This document shows positions 62,109 to 64,000 of a DNA stretch of 64,000 nucleotides, piece by piece (position 1 is the stretch's first letter; every line of letters starts with the position of its first letter). The position numbers and the translations under genes were made by a program. The notes beneath the pieces were generated by a model. That model saw only the letters and a list, made by a program, of their open reading frames with translations, did not search any database and was not told the origin of the DNA. Origin of the DNA: Candidatus Bathyarchaeia archaeon. Its GTDB lineage: Archaea; Thermoproteota; Bathyarchaeia; Bathyarchaeales; Bathycorpusculaceae. The stretch covers positions 2,524 to 66,523 of the forward strand of contig JAWBOH010000001.1 of the NCBI GenBank assembly GCA_038826715.1. Reading direction: 5' to 3'.

Positions 62109-63713
62109 ATGCCAGAAATGAAACCAAAAGCTTTATATTTAAATATCGCCTCAACTCTTGAGTCTGCGGTGAAAAACAAATGGGGTATTGCTTTATCGAT
62201 TGACCGGTTGCCTAAAGAAGTAAGGTTTTTTGACACAACTTTAAGAGATGGAGAACAAACGCCTAGGGTTTCTTTGACACCTGAAAGTAAGCTTAGAATT
62301 GCAAAACAGTTGGACGAGTTAGGTGTAGACGTTATAGAGGCTGGTTTTGCTGCAGTTTCAGAAGGAGAAATGAAAGCGATAAAAGCTATTAAACGGGAAA
62401 ACCTGAAAGCTGAAATATGCAGCTGTTCAAGGGGAGTTAAAAGTGACATAGACGCTGTTTTGAAAAGTGAGGCGGACAGCATACATCTTGTAATTCCCAC
62501 GTCAGACCTTCACTTGCAGTATAAGCTTAAAAAAAGCAGAGAAGAAGTTTTAGAAATTGTTAAAGAATGTGTTCAATATTCAAAAGATCATGGTTTAATC
62601 ATAGAGTTATCCGCTGAAGACGCCACAAGAACAAATGTCCAATTCTTGAAAGAAATTTTTAAGACTGGGATTTCCTGTGGAGCGGATAGGGTTTGTGTAT
62701 GTGACACTGTTGGCGTTTTAACAGTTGAAAAAGCATATCAGCTTTTCTTAGAAATTAGGAATACATTTCCAGATGCCCTTGTCAGCGCTCATTGCCATAA
62801 CGACTTTGGAATGGCCGTAGCCAATTCCATTGCAGCTTTAGCAGCGGGAGCCAAACAGGTGCATACGACTATAAATGGTATAGGTGAAAGAGCTGGAAAC
62901 GCTGCTCTTGAGGAAATCGCTGCCGTCTTAAAAGTGTTATATAACGTTCCTGTTAAGATAAAAACGGAGCTTCTATACGGTACTTCTCGTCTTGTCGCTA
63001 GGTTGACAGGAGTTTTCCCGCAGCCGAATAAGGCTATCGTAGGGGATAATGCTTTTTCCCATGAGTCAGGTATTCATACGCATGGAGTGCTGTCTCATCC
63101 CCTTACGTATGAGCCTATTCCCCCAGAACTTGTTGGCGCAAAAAGGCATATTATGGTAGGAAAACATGCAGGAACGCATGGCGTAGAGATAGCTCTAGGA
63201 CAAATGGGGCTATTCCCAAGCCGGGAACAATTTGAGGAGATTTTTACACGAGTCAAAGAGCTGGGTGACAAAGGCAAAACCGTTACAGATGCAGATTTAC
63301 TGGCGATAGCTGAATCAATTATGGGTTTGCAGAGAACAAGGCCGATAAGACTTGAAGAAATAACTGTGGTCACTGGAAACAGGATTACCCCTACGGCATC
63401 TGTTAAGCTAAAAATTAACGACAAACAAGTTATTGGCGTAGGAATAGGCGTAGGCCCTGTGGATGCAGCTATCAACGCTGTCCGAAATGCCTTCGCGGAG
63501 ATTGAACCTGTTCAGCTGGAGCACTACAGCGTCAAGGCAATTACAGGAGGAACAGATGCCATGGTAGAAGTTTTTGTACGTTTGCGTAAAGGTGAAAAAA
63601 CAGCTACATCTATGGGTGTTCGTGAAGACATAGTTATGGCTAGCGTTGAGGCTATGCTGAGCGGCATAAACGTACTTATGGGGATTGCCAACAAGACAAA
63701 CCAGAAAGCTTGA
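62109..63713 (+). CDS. leuA: 2-isopropylmalate synthase / citramalate synthase family (with C-terminal LeuA-dimer regulatory domain)
   Basis: FDTTLRDGEQ, HCHNDFGMAVAN and a C-terminal regulatory domain. The conserved core begins at ~62220. Likely starts are GTG 62169 or TTG 62208 rather than ATG 62109. Sequence cannot separate LeuA from CimA. Confidence 0.85.
   Translation: MPEMKPKALYLNIASTLESAVKNKWGIALSIDRLPKEVRFFDTTLRDGEQTPRVSLTPESKLRIAKQLDELGVDVIEAGFAAVSEGEMKAIKAIKRENLKAEICSCSRGVKSDIDAVLKSEADSIHLVIPTSDLHLQYKLKKSREEVLEIVKECVQYSKDHGLIIELSAEDATRTNVQFLKEIFKTGISCGADRVCVCDTVGVLTVEKAYQLFLEIRNTFPDALVSAHCHNDFGMAVANSIAALAAGAKQVHTTINGIGERAGNAALEEIAAVLKVLYNVPVKIKTELLYGTSRLVARLTGVFPQPNKAIVGDNAFSHESGIHTHGVLSHPLTYEPIPPELVGAKRHIMVGKHAGTHGVEIALGQMGLFPSREQFEEIFTRVKELGDKGKTVTDADLLAIAESIMGLQRTRPIRLEEITVVTGNRITPTASVKLKINDKQVIGVGIGVGPVDAAINAVRNAFAEIEPVQLEHYSVKAITGGTDAMVEVFVRLRKGEKTATSMGVREDIVMASVEAMLSGINVLMGIANKTNQKA
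62131..62146. promoter_or_regulatory. Palindromic TATA-like element CTTTATATTTAAATAT between ilvD and the conserved start of leuA/cimA
   Basis: Read directly. It lies inside the 5' end of the longest leuA ORF. A second TATA-like AATTTATATG lies at 62102-62111. Confidence 0.35.
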
Positions 63714-63917
63714 AAGTGTAACGAGTTCAGGTTAACCGAAAACTTTTTTAGGAAGGCTGGCTAACGCTTGAGGAGTTGTTCCAAGAGGTATCAAAATGAG
63801 GGATCGCTTCCTCTAAGACCATCAAAAATCATGCTTTTAATCATTGTTTAGAATTCTTAGGACGAGCGAGTTTTTGTTTGCGGTTTGTGTTTTACACTTG
63901 TTACGGAGATGGTTTAG

Positions 63918-64000
63918 ATGGTTAAGATGACAGGTTCAAAAGCTTTTGTGGAATCTTTGAAAAGACATGGCGTTAAGGTTATTTTCGGCATAATCGGCGG
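63918..64000 (+). CDS. ilvB: Acetolactate synthase large subunit, N-terminal fragment (runs off window)
   Basis: MVKMTGSKAFVESLKRHGVKVIFGIIGG is a typical ThDP-enzyme N-terminus (G..A.V..L...GV...FG.PGG). It follows ilvD and leuA. Confidence 0.7.
   Translation, partial: MVKMTGSKAFVESLKRHGVKVIFGIIG

Noticed and set aside
63714-63917. 204-nt spacer between leuA and ilvB, examined for a leader peptide or attenuator. It contains the mini-ORF MRDRFL and the imperfect palindrome GAGGGATCGCTTCCTC.
   Set aside because: The mini-ORF is not rich in branched-chain residues. The palindrome is imperfect. A T-run after leuA (63745-63756) is consistent with simple termination and re-initiation.
1-64000. 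CRISPR arrays, cas genes, restriction-modification, toxin-antitoxin or other defence systems, rRNA genes, IS elements and prophage genes.
   Set aside because: I scanned both strands and all intergenic regions. I found no spaced direct-repeat arrays, no nuclease, methylase, integrase or transposase motifs, and no rRNA-like sequence. The window is core chromosome.

Overview
This is a densely packed archaeal chromosomal window with about 67 CDS, one intron-containing tRNA and one probable decayed gene. Archaeal hallmarks are TFE, aRF1, NAC, MBF1, Trm56, archaeal-type ThrRS, RtcB plus archease, LysW, form III RuBisCO and H4MPT enzymes. I found no rRNA, CRISPR array, transposase or integrase, and no recognisable defence or toxin genes.

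Almost everything is core metabolism or information processing:
- a complete, tightly coupled hisGDCBHAFI operon
- a lysW-lysX-lysY-lysZ-lysJ-lysK amino-group-carrier cluster next to argG and argH
- a proC-thrB-thrC-hom-ask operon
- the archaeal homocysteine-synthesis trio (COG1900-CBS, NIL-ferredoxin, COG2122)
- ilvE, ilvD, leuA or cimA, and the start of ilvB
- a divergent form III RuBisCO and AMP phosphorylase pair
- a small tetrahydromethanopterin C1 island (ftr, frhB-like, mtd and an mtdA-like fusion)

I see no obvious large novel system. The leads most worth a second look are:
1. An NAD(P)-type methylene-H4MPT dehydrogenase (MtdA/MtdB-like) fused to an unrecognised N-terminal domain of about 250 aa. 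It sits next to the F420-type Mtd.
2. An ECF-S-component-like membrane protein translationally coupled (ATGA overlap) inside the frhB-like/mtd operon.
3. A membrane-anchored DUF4430-like (transcobalamin-like) protein coupled to another S-component-like permease. A perfect 21-nt palindrome lies just upstream. This may be a corrinoid-capture module.
4. An identical 14-nt promoter/operator module shared by the lysW and argG promoters, with GGTCA/TGACC half-sites.
5. hisH, whose conserved N-terminus can only be translated from an ATT codon. That ATT directly follows the hisB TAG stop and has a strong SD upstream.
6. A divergent LysX/ArgX ATP-grasp with an insertion of about 75 aa.
7. An 824-nt ORF-free gap that looks like an eroded metallo-beta-lactamase-fold gene.

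All family assignments come from motif recognition by eye and memory. No database search or computation was run.
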